A model generated the notes under the pieces. That model made no database searches and was not told where the DNA came from. It saw only the letters and a list, made by a program, of their open reading frames with translations. Source: a virus. From it: a DNA stretch of 58,801 nt. Shown piece by piece: positions 28,093 through 37,111 of the stretch (position 1 is the first letter of the stretch; every line of letters begins with the position of its first letter). The DNA lies in IMG/VR virus record IMGVR_UViG_3300028453_000003. One strand, written 5' to 3'. A program made the translations under genes and the position numbers.

Positions 28093-28819
28093 TCACATCA
28101 CCATAAACAATCTTATTATATTCGGCAGTTGCTCTTGCACTAACTGGTTCAATACCACACCTACCATTCATATGGTCGAAAGGCAACTCATCCAAAGGTC
28201 TTGGTGGCTTTCGCTCTTCGGCTCTGCACCAAGCACAAACTTGACTATCACCTCTTGTAACCCAACGATAAGTAGCATCCTTACCATACTTGAAATCATA
28301 AACACTTCTTCGGATCTTCTGAAAACCCATACCAGTTCCATACTTAACAGTATTCTTTACTCTTTTGATGGTTTCCCTTAACTTCGGTTCAAGGTTAAAG
28401 GAATCCTCATCGCCTCTGTCCTTTACAACTTGTAGGTTAAGTTTAACTTCATTTCGTAATGATGTTATGATGTTCTTGATGGTGGTTTCCATCACTTGCT
28501 TTGTGATTTTCAAATCATATTTCAGATTAACCAGTTTATGCTTATTAGTGGGAACATCTTGAGCCAATAATTGATTCTTCCTTGTTGCATTTTCATACTT
28601 TTGAAATTGCTTTTCATTTACTTGTAGCAACTTCTCTTCTAATCGTTTGCAATCATCATCAAAGTGTTTTTCAACATAATTATGTGGCTTGGATGAATAC
28701 TTTTTAGTGAAATCCTCTAAAATCATCAATATAGCCAAAGCATATTCCTTTTCTGAAAGGTCGCCATCGTACTCCTTGTAATCGAATAGGTCTGCCAAAT
28801 TTGTTAATAAATCTGCCAT
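28076..28819 (-). CDS. Minor head protein, SPP1 gp7 / Mu F-like
   Basis: RWVTRGDSQVCAWCRAEE...PFDHMNGRCG motif. Lies directly after the portal gene. Confidence 0.7.
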   Translation of the reverse strand: MADLLTNLADLFDYKEYDGDLSEKEYALAILMILEDFTKKYSSKPHNYVEKHFDDDCKRLEEKLLQVNEKQFQKYENATRKNQLLAQDVPTNKHKLVNLKYDLKITKQVMETTIKNIITSLRNEVKLNLQVVKDRGDEDSFNLEPKLRETIKRVKNTVKYGTGMGFQKIRRSVYDFKYGKDATYRWVTRGDSQVCAWCRAEERKPPRPLDELPFDHMNGRCGIEPVSARATAEYNKIVYGDVNGRDD

Positions 28820-28825
28820 ACACCA

Positions 28826-30172
28826 TCACCTATTCTGATACCTTTGTTGCTCTCTTGTGATATTCCTAACATCGTGGTTTACATTCGTGGAAGAGGATGG
28901 GTTCTTCACAATACTTGTTCTGCCATTCCTATCCAAATCCTCTTGACCCTTTTTCACAATCGGCTTATGCAAACTATTAGGGTCAGTTTCACCATCCAAT
29001 AATTGGTCTTCCTCATAATCATCCATTTCAAATTCAAGATGACATTCACCTTTGATGTTCTGCAACTCAAGTTCCTTATCAAAGAGTTTCTTAATATACT
29101 TTGCAACCCAATCCCGATTATACTCCAAGAACAAGACCCTACCAGTAGTCTTACTATCCAATTGAATATCGGCAGTAGCCCTATTTGAAGATTCAGAACT
29201 GAATACTGCCTCTGGAGTATTCAAAGCAATGTAAACTTCTTTTTCAAAGTATTTAATGTAATCTTGAATTTGTGGCAAACTACCCCCCTTAAGGAGTTCA
29301 ACTTCAATACCATAAGGCAATATCAAACAACCTTTCATATGGTAATTATTAACCACTTCTGCAACTTCATCTCTTGCATCTTCATCCAAGTAAGTGTTCA
29401 TCTTGTTTTCATTTCCCATTGTAACTGATATAATGTTACTGTTCTTATATACAGTCAATGGCATCTGCTCTCTTAACACTCTCTTGTAGTAGATTGGTTC
29501 TAATGCACCACCAATCAAGGCATTGGCTTTACCATCTCTCTCTAAATATTTCATATGTTGGATTTCATCAAGTTCATAACTGATTTCCATTTCAGTCAAA
29601 TCCTCTTCCAACTCATCAAACTTCTTACGAAGCCAACCCTTATTAGTTCTTGCATTTTTCTGAATCACTTGCTTGTAACCACAAACATCACCATTCTCAT
29701 CAAAGATAACCTTGATACGATAATCAACACCATCATAAGCCAAGAATGTAGGCTTGATATGGTTCTCAACTATACGAAAATGTTGGAACACATCACCATC
29801 CACGAAACCTTTCCAAAGGATATTATCAATAATGTTATCCAAATCCCATATTTCAACCATATCTTCCAAATGCTTAACTGCCTTATCATTATCACCAGTA
29901 ATATACCACTTGGTATTGGTCTTTGTCATCAAATCCATCAAGATACCTTGTGCTTGACTATCGTGAACACTTGCAAATCGGCGATTCTTAACAGTATTAC
30001 GAACCCTTGATGGAGTAGCCTCATACAAATCAACCTTATCACATTTACGATAGTGGTCTTTCCTATCATCAAGACCAACTTCATAAACCTCATTAGGATG
30101 ACTATTCAACAATACCTTACTTGCTTTCGCAATCCTTTCATAAATTCCTATAACTCTCACCTCCTCCATCAT
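28826..30172 (-). CDS. Portal protein
   Basis: 448 aa, immediately downstream of TerL with a 1-nt overlap. Confidence 0.7.
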   Translation of the reverse strand: MMEEVRVIGIYERIAKASKVLLNSHPNEVYEVGLDDRKDHYRKCDKVDLYEATPSRVRNTVKNRRFASVHDSQAQGILMDLMTKTNTKWYITGDNDKAVKHLEDMVEIWDLDNIIDNILWKGFVDGDVFQHFRIVENHIKPTFLAYDGVDYRIKVIFDENGDVCGYKQVIQKNARTNKGWLRKKFDELEEDLTEMEISYELDEIQHMKYLERDGKANALIGGALEPIYYKRVLREQMPLTVYKNSNIISVTMGNENKMNTYLDEDARDEVAEVVNNYHMKGCLILPYGIEVELLKGGSLPQIQDYIKYFEKEVYIALNTPEAVFSSESSNRATADIQLDSKTTGRVLFLEYNRDWVAKYIKKLFDKELELQNIKGECHLEFEMDDYEEDQLLDGETDPNSLHKPIVKKGQEDLDRNGRTSIVKNPSSSTNVNHDVRNITREQQRYQNR

Positions 30173-31392
30173 CAGTAACTGTAAATCCTCACACTATCTT
30201 TATACTGCCTATCGGCACTTAATATGCCTACTGTTCCATAAATACCATAACCAAGAGCATCCATACTATGGTCATCGTGTTTAATCGGCTTATCTATATC
30301 ATTACCCTCTTTATCCTTTTGATAACAATAAGATTCAATCTCACGAATTGTATTGGTGCATCGCTCTGCAATATGCAAAGTGCAAGATTTAACTGCCTCA
30401 ATCTTCGCATCAACATTCTTAATACCACCAATCGCATTGAAACCATAATCACAGAACTCTTGTATACGATCTGGCTCTGCACTATCGCAGTATACTGTAT
30501 CAACTTGATTAGGATTGAGATTGTATTTCCTTAACAGTTTAATGCACTCTGCAATGAACTGATGGTTAATAAGGTTTCTTTCATAGACTTCATCAATGAC
30601 ATAACACTCACCATCAAGCCAACCTAAAAGCAAGAAACAACTTGGATTATTGAAACCAAAGTCGCAACAACCAGTATAATACTCAAAACCTTTTGAGGAC
30701 TCTTTAATATCCCAATGTTGATATATTAAGCCACCACTATCTTGCCAAAGCCCTAAAGTGAGCCTAACATAGTTATCCCAGTCAAATTTCTTCCTTTCCT
30801 CTGCCATCTTGATATACTCTTCACCAACAAAACTATTATCAGTATAATGAAAATGGATAATCTCAATCTTCGGATCATCACGATGCAAATGAAACCTCTT
30901 ATAAATCCAATGAGCCTTTGTAGATGGAGTAATCACAAGTAAAAGTTGCCCATAATCTTTCATACTGGCTTTACCCCTTACCCTTGACTCCAACTCATTA
31001 AAAACATCTTTAGAAATCTCCTCTGCTTGTTCCACATACACAAAATCAAGGTTTAAACTCCTAATCTTCTGAGGGTCATCTAAACCCTTAAAGGAGATAG
31101 TACTCCCATTTAGGAATGTGATAACACCTTCTGACTTGTTTTCCTTATAAGGTATCTGATAATTGTCCAATGCTTCCCTAATTTCTAACCATGAAGTCAT
31201 TCTCAAACTTGGTAAGGTTTGCCTAAACACAGCCACACGAGCATTTTTATGAGTTAAAGCGTACAGAATTGTCTTGTGTATCGCATAGAGAGTCTTGCCA
31301 GAACCCGCCGCTCCTTCTACGAGCAGATATTTGTGTTTATCGTTAATGTACTTCGCTTGTTTCTCTGTTAACTTCCATTCGATGGTTGGCAT
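30172..31392 (-). CDS. terL: Terminase large subunit
   Basis: Walker A VEGAAGSGKT, Walker B LDFVYVEQAEE, and a C-terminal nuclease region with DHSMDALGYG. Confidence 0.9.
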   Translation of the reverse strand: MPTIEWKLTEKQAKYINDKHKYLLVEGAAGSGKTLYAIHKTILYALTHKNARVAVFRQTLPSLRMTSWLEIREALDNYQIPYKENKSEGVITFLNGSTISFKGLDDPQKIRSLNLDFVYVEQAEEISKDVFNELESRVRGKASMKDYGQLLLVITPSTKAHWIYKRFHLHRDDPKIEIIHFHYTDNSFVGEEYIKMAEERKKFDWDNYVRLTLGLWQDSGGLIYQHWDIKESSKGFEYYTGCCDFGFNNPSCFLLLGWLDGECYVIDEVYERNLINHQFIAECIKLLRKYNLNPNQVDTVYCDSAEPDRIQEFCDYGFNAIGGIKNVDAKIEAVKSCTLHIAERCTNTIREIESYCYQKDKEGNDIDKPIKHDDHSMDALGYGIYGTVGILSADRQYKDSVRIYSY

Positions 31393-31667
31393 TAGGAATC
31401 CACCTCTTCCTTGTTTAAATCAGAGATAATTTCAACAGAAGTGAAATCAATGAAACCACCAATAGGAACCTCATAACCATTATGTCTCAATTTAAAACAT
31501 TTTATAGGATTAGGATTACTCTGCAAAATCCTATTAAAAGGCTGGTCATCATAACGAGATGGGCGTAAATGTTCTTTATGCCTTTGATTCTTCTCAATAT
31601 TTGAATCCTTGCCAACATAAGCAACAGAATTATCTTTTTTATCAAAATAAGCATAAATCCCTAACAT
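31392..31667 (-). CDS. GIY-YIG domain-only protein (truncated paralog of 26632-27216)
   Basis: MLGIYAYFDKKDNSVAYVGKDS...QPFNRILQSNPN aligns with the N-terminus of the full-length endonuclease. There is no NUMOD region. It is wedged between terS and terL. Confidence 0.65.
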   Translation of the reverse strand: MLGIYAYFDKKDNSVAYVGKDSNIEKNQRHKEHLRPSRYDDQPFNRILQSNPNPIKCFKLRHNGYEVPIGGFIDFTSVEIISDLNKEEVDS

Positions 31668-32114
31668 TTAATCATCCTTTTCATCTTCTTCCAAAAGTTT
31701 TCTCTCTTTCTCTCCCAACTCATAAGGAGATTTAGCACTACTAATCTTTAATTCAAAGTTATTATCAGTAGCCAAAGCCATCTGCTCTCTCTTACCAAAA
31801 CGATTAGGATACTTCCTCTCCAAAATCCAAGCCGAACTGACCCAATTGCCTTGATCTATCGCATTAGTGTAAATCACATTAAGTATATCCATTTCGGCTT
31901 GTGCCTCTGCCTCTGTAACCCTATCATAGAACTGCTTATAAGGCTCAAGACCTTGCTCACCTTTCTTCTTCCAAGCATAAAAAGTAGTTTTATGAATGCC
32001 AACACTCTGACAAACAGTAGTAATATAATTGCCTTTCAACACCCCCTCAACAATCTTATCACATATAGTCTTATTCAACTTTTGAGGATGTGTTCCACCT
32101 TTAAGTCTACCCAT
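31668..32114 (-). CDS. terS: Terminase small subunit
   Basis: N-terminal HTH (TTVCQSVGIHKTTFYAWKKKGEQG), 148 aa, upstream of terL. Confidence 0.7.
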   Translation of the reverse strand: MGRLKGGTHPQKLNKTICDKIVEGVLKGNYITTVCQSVGIHKTTFYAWKKKGEQGLEPYKQFYDRVTEAEAQAEMDILNVIYTNAIDQGNWVSSAWILERKYPNRFGKREQMALATDNNFELKISSAKSPYELGEKERKLLEEDEKDD

Positions 32115-32142
32115 CTCCTACAAACTCCTTAAAAAAAATTTT

Positions 32143-32385
32143 TCATATAAGATGCACTAAACCATCAACAAGCAAAACAACAACACCAACTGCAATACCA
32201 GTCAATATTGCATTTCTTGTAATGTTGCTCTTCTGTTCTTGTTGCAACATCTCATCATGCCTAATCATAATCTCTGTCAATCTCTGTATACTCTTCGTAT
32301 TCTCTGCAAGAGCATCACTATAACCGTTCAACTCTTGCTTAATCATCTCTTGCTCTGTTTCCAACCTGACAATCCTTGATTCCAC
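32143..32385 (-). CDS. Tail-anchored membrane protein (holin-like candidate)
   Basis: Coiled-coil N-terminus and one C-terminal TM segment (AILTGIAVGVVVLLVDGLVHLI). Confidence 0.3.
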   Translation of the reverse strand: MESRIVRLETEQEMIKQELNGYSDALAENTKSIQRLTEIMIRHDEMLQQEQKSNITRNAILTGIAVGVVVLLVDGLVHLI

Positions 32386-32670
32386 TCAAGCACCACCATC
32401 ATCATCGTTGGGATCAAGCTCATAATCATCATTCAATACAGTTTCATCATTGCAAAAGCACTCATTCTTACCATTGCCCAATGACTCAAAAGTGTTAGGG
32501 TGTTTCGCACTCCACACAATCAAGACAATGCTCACAATCGCAATAGCCAAAGCAGAAAATTCCTCTGCACTCAAATATTGTGCAAGGTAAGGTGATAACA
32601 CACCATACAATAATACTGCAATGGTAGAAACATTATTCTGCCAATCGTAATCCATCAAAAAAATCTCCAT
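32386..32670 (-). CDS. Two-TM membrane protein with acidic tail (holin-like candidate)
   Basis: Hydrophobic stretches TIAVLLYGVLSPYLA and ALAIAIVSIVLIVW, with a D/E-rich C-terminus. Confidence 0.3.
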   Translation of the reverse strand: MEIFLMDYDWQNNVSTIAVLLYGVLSPYLAQYLSAEEFSALAIAIVSIVLIVWSAKHPNTFESLGNGKNECFCNDETVLNDDYELDPNDDDGGA

Positions 32671-32682
32671 TTAATTGTTTTT

Positions 32683-32765
32683 TGCGATGGTATGCACATA
32701 AAATAAAGGTGAAAAAAGGGTAGGAGATGGTGAAAAAAATATGATAAAAATTGCATACCATCGCA
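32683..32765. promoter_or_regulatory. 14-bp perfect inverted repeat flanking a 55-bp promoter/terminator-like segment
   Basis: tgcgatggtatgca (32683-32696) / tgcataccatcgca (32752-32765). The spacer reads ataaaataaaggtg...ggagatggtgaaaaaaatatg on the plus strand and is T-rich in gene sense. Confidence 0.5.
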
Positions 32766-32774
32766 GAAAAAAAT

Positions 32775-33059
32775 TCATTTATGTCCTTTAATCATCAACT
32801 TCCTATTCGGAATGTTATGCCTATATGACTTATGCCTTGTCTTAATCTTACTATATCGGATATGCACTCCTCTCCTTGCCTCTGATGGAGCAGAGAATGG
32901 GATCACATTATCCACCTTTTCCAAGCCACAGTATTGTACTGCACTTGACAAGACCAAACCACACTTGTTGCAATAGGTTTCCTCACGAACATAATCCCTT
33001 ACAAACTCTGTATTATTGCATATAGGACAACATTTGGTTTCCTTTTCGGTAAAAATCAT
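32775..33059 (-). CDS. TFIIB/TFB-type Zn-ribbon protein lacking cyclin domains
   Basis: CCPICNNTEFVRDYVREETYCNKCGLVL matches the TFB N-terminal ribbon pattern CPxCG..(x)..D...GE.VC..CGLV. It is followed by only 50 basic residues. Confidence 0.7.
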   Translation of the reverse strand: MIFTEKETKCCPICNNTEFVRDYVREETYCNKCGLVLSSAVQYCGLEKVDNVIPFSAPSEARRGVHIRYSKIKTRHKSYRHNIPNRKLMIKGHK

Positions 33060-33148
33060 CAGTAAAACATCTCCTTATCGTGTAGTGTGGAAGAAACATA
33101 ACTCCCAAATTGGTTCTACTATATATTTTAAACTTGAAAGTATATAAT

Positions 33149-33250
33149 ACAGTTGAAAAAGTATGTTTGCAAGTGTAATAATAAATCGTGATAAATCATG
33201 AACAATTACAGTTTTACAGTTGAAAATGTACTATTGCAAGTGTAAAAATA
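33149..33250. repeat. Direct repeat, 2 copies of about 35 bp, 67-bp period
   Basis: acagttgaaaaagtatgtttgcaagtgtaataata (33149-33183) and acagttgaaaatgtactattgcaagtgtaaaaata (33216-33250). Confidence 0.8.
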
Positions 33251-33424
33251 GTGAAAAAGAAGCCCAAAGAAGCAGTATTCGTATACCAACGAACAATGGT
33301 GTCAACCCCAAATGTAGACAAATTTCAAGCCCAAAGAAACAATAAAATAAAAAAAGAAGCCAAAAAACCATATGTTTGGTAAACAATAAAACAATTCGTA
33401 AAAACACGAATGAATAATTTCGAC

Positions 33425-33524
33425 CAACTTTGTCAAAAAATCGCAGATGTTTGTATGAAAAACCACCAACTTTGTCAAAAAAATGCAGATGTTTGTATGA
33501 AAAACCACCAACTTTGCAAAAAAC
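33425..33524. repeat. Tandem repeat, 42-bp unit, 2.4 copies
   Basis: caactttgtcaaaaaa(t)cgcagatgtttgtatgaaaaaccac occurs twice, followed by a partial third copy. Confidence 0.9.
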
Positions 33525-33958
33525 AAAAACACGAAAACAGATAAGAACACTCCAAAACAGAAAAGAAGCCCAAAGAAGAAAAATCCGATTTTTCAATGAA
33601 AAAATAGGTATCTCAACACACAAAAACATAACTTAACCGAGTAAAGCACACAATGAAACAATAAAATAACATTAGAAATATTATTTTATTACATAGTAGC
33701 CATATATAGCAGAGGAAGAAACATAAAATAAAAAAAATACTATAATAATATATAATAACAGAAACTATATAAAACAATCGCACACCATAACCCCCCACAT
33801 ACACCAATGAAAACCCACAATGAAAAAACCCCCAAAAAAACCGAAGAAACATAAAAACCAAAAACCAACCAAACTCCACAGAGCCACACCCCTACCTACT
33901 TTTAAAATTTTTAGGTACTTAACATAAAAACTTTTTAGAATTGCTTATTTTTCTTATT

Positions 33959-33976
33959 GGGTGCCTTTTATTAGTT
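33959..33976 (-). promoter_or_regulatory. Promoter-like TATA+GGCAC motif facing the late genes
   Basis: Minus sense reads ctaataaaaggcaccc, which matches the motif found upstream of the AT-rich cassettes. Confidence 0.35.
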
Positions 33977-34312
33977 ATTCTATTCTTATATATCTTAAAA
34001 AATTGTAGTATATTGTCTTAATATACTATACTGTACAGATAATAGTTAAATGTCTTATCATTACTTTTCATTATTATGTTATTGTCTTTTTGTCCGTGTT
34101 GATCCCTCAATAATTTTTTCTTATTAATTTCCTTATTGTTTTTTTTGTTTTTTGAGTTGTGTATTAATTTAGTATTTTTTTATTTTATTTTGTTGTGTTG
34201 TTGTGTGTTTAATTGTTTTTTTGTTGTTAATATAACAATTGTTATAAAATAGGTTTAAAAAAAAGAGAAAAAATAAACTTTTATATTTGATCTATTAAAT
34301 GAGATAATTTAT

Positions 34313-34627
34313 TTAATTTCCAAAAATTGAAATAATATCTTTTTGAATGTCATAAAATGTTTTTTGGGTTAAACCATAACATTTAATTTTATATTGGGTT
34401 TCGTTTTCGATGTCGTCGATTTTTATGATAATTTCTAAATCATTATAATAAATGTTTATTAATTTAAAGTTTCTATGGTTTCCCATATCCTCTTTTATTT
34501 GATTTAATCCAATTTGAGAGGCTAACCATTTTAAATGATTGTAAGCCTCTTTTATATTGATTCTTTCAAATGATTCGTATTTATATTTGGTTATTGGTTC
34601 AATTTCAATAATTTTTATGTATACCAT
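34313..34627 (-). CDS. AT-rich cassette protein 1, unknown function
   Basis: ATG at 34627 follows the conserved leader ttgagagttgaaaaaa. The track's MKK prefix is a TTG artefact. A T-rich terminator lies downstream. Confidence 0.6.
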   Translation of the reverse strand: MVYIKIIEIEPITKYKYESFERINIKEAYNHLKWLASQIGLNQIKEDMGNHRNFKLINIYYNDLEIIIKIDDIENETQYKIKCYGLTQKTFYDIQKDIISIFGN

Positions 34628-34680
34628 TTTTTTCAACTCTCAATAGTTTTTTAGTTTAAGTGCCTTTTTAAATTGTAACA
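34628..34680 (-). promoter_or_regulatory. Conserved promoter-leader module, copy 1
   Basis: Minus sense reads tgttacaatttaaaaaggcacttaaactaaaaaactattgagagttgaaaaaaATG. Confidence 0.6.
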
Positions 34681-34731
34681 TTTGAAAAAGACAAAAGAAA
34701 AAATAATAAGAATTTTAAAGTAATAATTACT

Positions 34732-34950
34732 TTAAAAATCTTTTAGTAAATTGTTTATGTTTTCATTACAAAAGTATTTTAATTGATCCTTATCATATTT
34801 TAATATTTTTGTAAAATCTGTATTTTTATTTAATTGAAAAAGAATTATTATTATATCTCTAATTTTATTTTGTGTATTGTTATTATCTAATAGGAATAAG
34901 TTTAATAAAATTCTTAATTCAATTAGATTTATTAATAATTCTTTTTTCAT
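34732..34950 (-). CDS. AT-rich cassette protein 2b, unknown function
   Basis: 72 aa, with its ATG overlapping the upstream TGA (ATGA). Confidence 0.5.
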   Translation of the reverse strand: MKKELLINLIELRILLNLFLLDNNNTQNKIRDIIIILFQLNKNTDFTKILKYDKDQLKYFCNENINNLLKDF

Positions 34951-35723
34951 ATTAACACAACATTATTTTTATATTGTAATGTTTTAAGGTAGTTTTCTAT
35001 ACTGTCCTCAAAATCATATAATAAAATAGTTTTGTTGTTATATTCAACATATGGATCAACATAATTATAAACCTCAGTATTTTCATAACATTCATAATTT
35101 AAATTGAAAATTAAATCATTACATTTATTATCATTTTGTATTATGATATTATCAAATAAGAATGATAATTCATTACATTCATATTTTTCAATAGGTTTAT
35201 TTATCCAATAGTTATAATCATTTGATAAAAAAGATATAAATCCATCATAAGAACTATTTTTTTTATGAATATAGTTTTCCATATTTTCAAAAGATAATAC
35301 ATAATTTTTTATTAGATTTAATGTTGTATAATTAGTTTTTAGGAATAATCCATTTTTATCAGTTCTGTAATTGTAATACTTAGGACTGTCTATATAACTG
35401 TCTTTTAATTCTAATAAAAATTGAGGATTTTCTATAATATCATTAGGTAGTAAATCTTTTATTAATTTTAAATATAAATTGCTAAATTCTTTTGATATAT
35501 CATTTTTATAATTTTCAAAATTTTCAAAATTATAATTAACTTCAATATCATTTTCATTTAAAAAAGAATATTTATCTAACAATATATTTTTGTCCTCAAC
35601 TTCATAATCAATAAATTGATCAGAATTACAAAACATACTTTCATAAAATCCATAAAAAACATTTATATATAGTTCTTTTGTTATGTTTTCATTTTCTTTA
35701 TTTTCAAAATTATATTTATTCAT
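34947..35723 (-). CDS. AT-rich cassette protein 2a, acidic N/Y/D/E-rich, unknown function
   Basis: ATG at 35723 follows the conserved leader. 258 aa. Confidence 0.6.
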   Translation of the reverse strand: MNKYNFENKENENITKELYINVFYGFYESMFCNSDQFIDYEVEDKNILLDKYSFLNENDIEVNYNFENFENYKNDISKEFSNLYLKLIKDLLPNDIIENPQFLLELKDSYIDSPKYYNYRTDKNGLFLKTNYTTLNLIKNYVLSFENMENYIHKKNSSYDGFISFLSNDYNYWINKPIEKYECNELSFLFDNIIIQNDNKCNDLIFNLNYECYENTEVYNYVDPYVEYNNKTILLYDFEDSIENYLKTLQYKNNVVLI

Positions 35724-35780
35724 TTTTTTCAACTCTCAAAATTTTTATAGTAAAAAGTGCCTTTTAAGTCTTTAACAACT
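35724..35780 (-). promoter_or_regulatory. Conserved promoter-leader module, copy 2
   Basis: Minus sense reads gttgttaaagacttaaaaggcactttttactataaaaattttgagagttgaaaaaaATG. Confidence 0.6.
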
Positions 35781-35928
35781 AAAAAAGACAAAAGAAAAAA
35801 TAAAAAATAATTAGAATAAAAATTCTAATTCAAATAATTTAAAAATAACTTTACAAATGAAAAAATAAAAAATAAAAAATAAAATTAATGTTGTATTATT
35901 GCTTATCATTTTTTCAAAATCCTTTTTT

Positions 35929-36327
35929 TTATTCAAATGTTAATTGATATTTATTTGAGGATAAGACAAAAACATTATTAAATTGTAAATTGCTTTTGTT
36001 TTCATAATTTTTCTTTAATTCTTTTTCTATAAATCTATAAAAATTAAAGAATTGTTTTTCATTTAGATAAATATCAATACCATATAATGACTTATCAAAA
36101 TACTCTTTATTTATTATGTATTGATCTTTTGAATAAATTGTTAAATCTAATCGTAATCTATAAAAATCAAAATGTAAAGTAAACCTTTTAAATTTAGGAT
36201 TTTCAAAAATTGCTTTTATTTGATTTTCATTACATTTTAAAGGATTTTCTAATTCATAAGAATATACATAATTTTCTTTATTTTTGCTTATGTTTTCAAT
36301 ACATAACTTTTTTAATTGTGTTTTCAT
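35929..36327 (-). CDS. AT-rich cassette protein 3, unknown function
   Basis: ATG at 36327 follows the conserved leader. Confidence 0.6.
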   Translation of the reverse strand: MKTQLKKLCIENISKNKENYVYSYELENPLKCNENQIKAIFENPKFKRFTLHFDFYRLRLDLTIYSKDQYIINKEYFDKSLYGIDIYLNEKQFFNFYRFIEKELKKNYENKSNLQFNNVFVLSSNKYQLTFE

Positions 36328-36378
36328 TTTTTCCAACTCTCAATAGCTTTTAATTTAAGTGCCTTATTGATCTGTAAA
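36328..36378 (-). promoter_or_regulatory. Conserved promoter-leader module, copy 3
   Basis: Minus sense reads tttacagatcaataaggcacttaaattaaaagctattgagagttggaaaaaATG. Confidence 0.6.
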
Positions 36379-36508
36379 AATCTAAATAAGACAAAAGAAA
36401 AAAAGATAAAAACAATTAAATTTTAATTGCTTTATCTATATAAAATAAAATTAGTTTATTGTTTTAGGTAGTAACCTTTAATTTAATTAAAGTTTTACAA
36501 TGAATACT

Positions 36509-37057
36509 TTATTTTTTGAATAAATTGTAAATATCATTTGTACTATTGAAAATATAATTTTCCATAAGTTTATCTAATGAAAATTTAGTATTTATCATAT
36601 ACCATGATAAACCTAAATGATCTATACATAAAATATATAAATCGTCTTTAGAATTATAAAGTATATCATAATTGCAATAATCCTTAAATAAACATAAATC
36701 ATTTTCATTAATAATAAAGTATTGAAAATATTCTTTATAAGTTAAACTTATAAAATCATAATAATGATTGTGTAACATTAAATTTAAATCGTCCTCAGAT
36801 AATTCATTTAAATCAGTATTTTCAAAATCATAAATATAAGAACTGTAATTCTCAAAAAATTCAATTATAGTTTCATTATCATAATTTTGTATAAATTCAT
36901 AACTTAAATTATCAATATTTGAATTTTGTAAATCATAAGGTATTAAATTTATATCAAAATAATCGATAAAATTGCCTAAACTTAATACATTTTCTTTTAG
37001 TTCGTCTTTACTTATTTTCATTATTTTAGTTTTTAAGTAATATTTTTCATTTTCCAT
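36509..37057 (-). CDS. AT-rich cassette protein 4, strongly acidic, unknown function
   Basis: ATG at 37057 follows the conserved leader. The protein is D/E/N/Y-rich with no Arg. Confidence 0.6.
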   Translation of the reverse strand: MENEKYYLKTKIMKISKDELKENVLSLGNFIDYFDINLIPYDLQNSNIDNLSYEFIQNYDNETIIEFFENYSSYIYDFENTDLNELSEDDLNLMLHNHYYDFISLTYKEYFQYFIINENDLCLFKDYCNYDILYNSKDDLYILCIDHLGLSWYMINTKFSLDKLMENYIFNSTNDIYNLFKK

Positions 37058-37111
37058 TTTTTCAACTCTCAAAAGGTTTATAATAAAAAAGTGCTTTATT
37101 TGTCTGTAACA
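37058..37111 (-). promoter_or_regulatory. Conserved promoter-leader module, copy 4
   Basis: Minus sense reads gttacagacaaataaagcacttttttattataaaccttttgagagttgaaaaaATG. Confidence 0.6.

Noticed and set aside
33425-33524. Tandem repeats (also 38146-38265) as a CRISPR array
   Set aside because: The units are directly adjacent or separated by a repeated 8-nt linker, there are no unique spacers, and there are only 2-5 units. They are consistent with iterons or operators instead.
33231-33879. Track ORFs 33231-33629, 33302-33550, 33613-33879 (minus) and 33430-33636 (plus)
   Set aside because: They run through tandem repeats and a strongly skewed A/C-rich tract. The products are F/L/W/C/V homopolymer-like, with alternative start codons and no RBS. 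I treat the region as non-coding.
34625-37072. A conserved MKKM / MEKM N-terminal peptide shared by the AT-rich cassette proteins
   Set aside because: This is an artefact of the ORF caller starting at the TTG inside the conserved leader ttgagagTTGaaaaaaATG. The real starts are the ATGs at 34627, 35723, 36327 and 37057.
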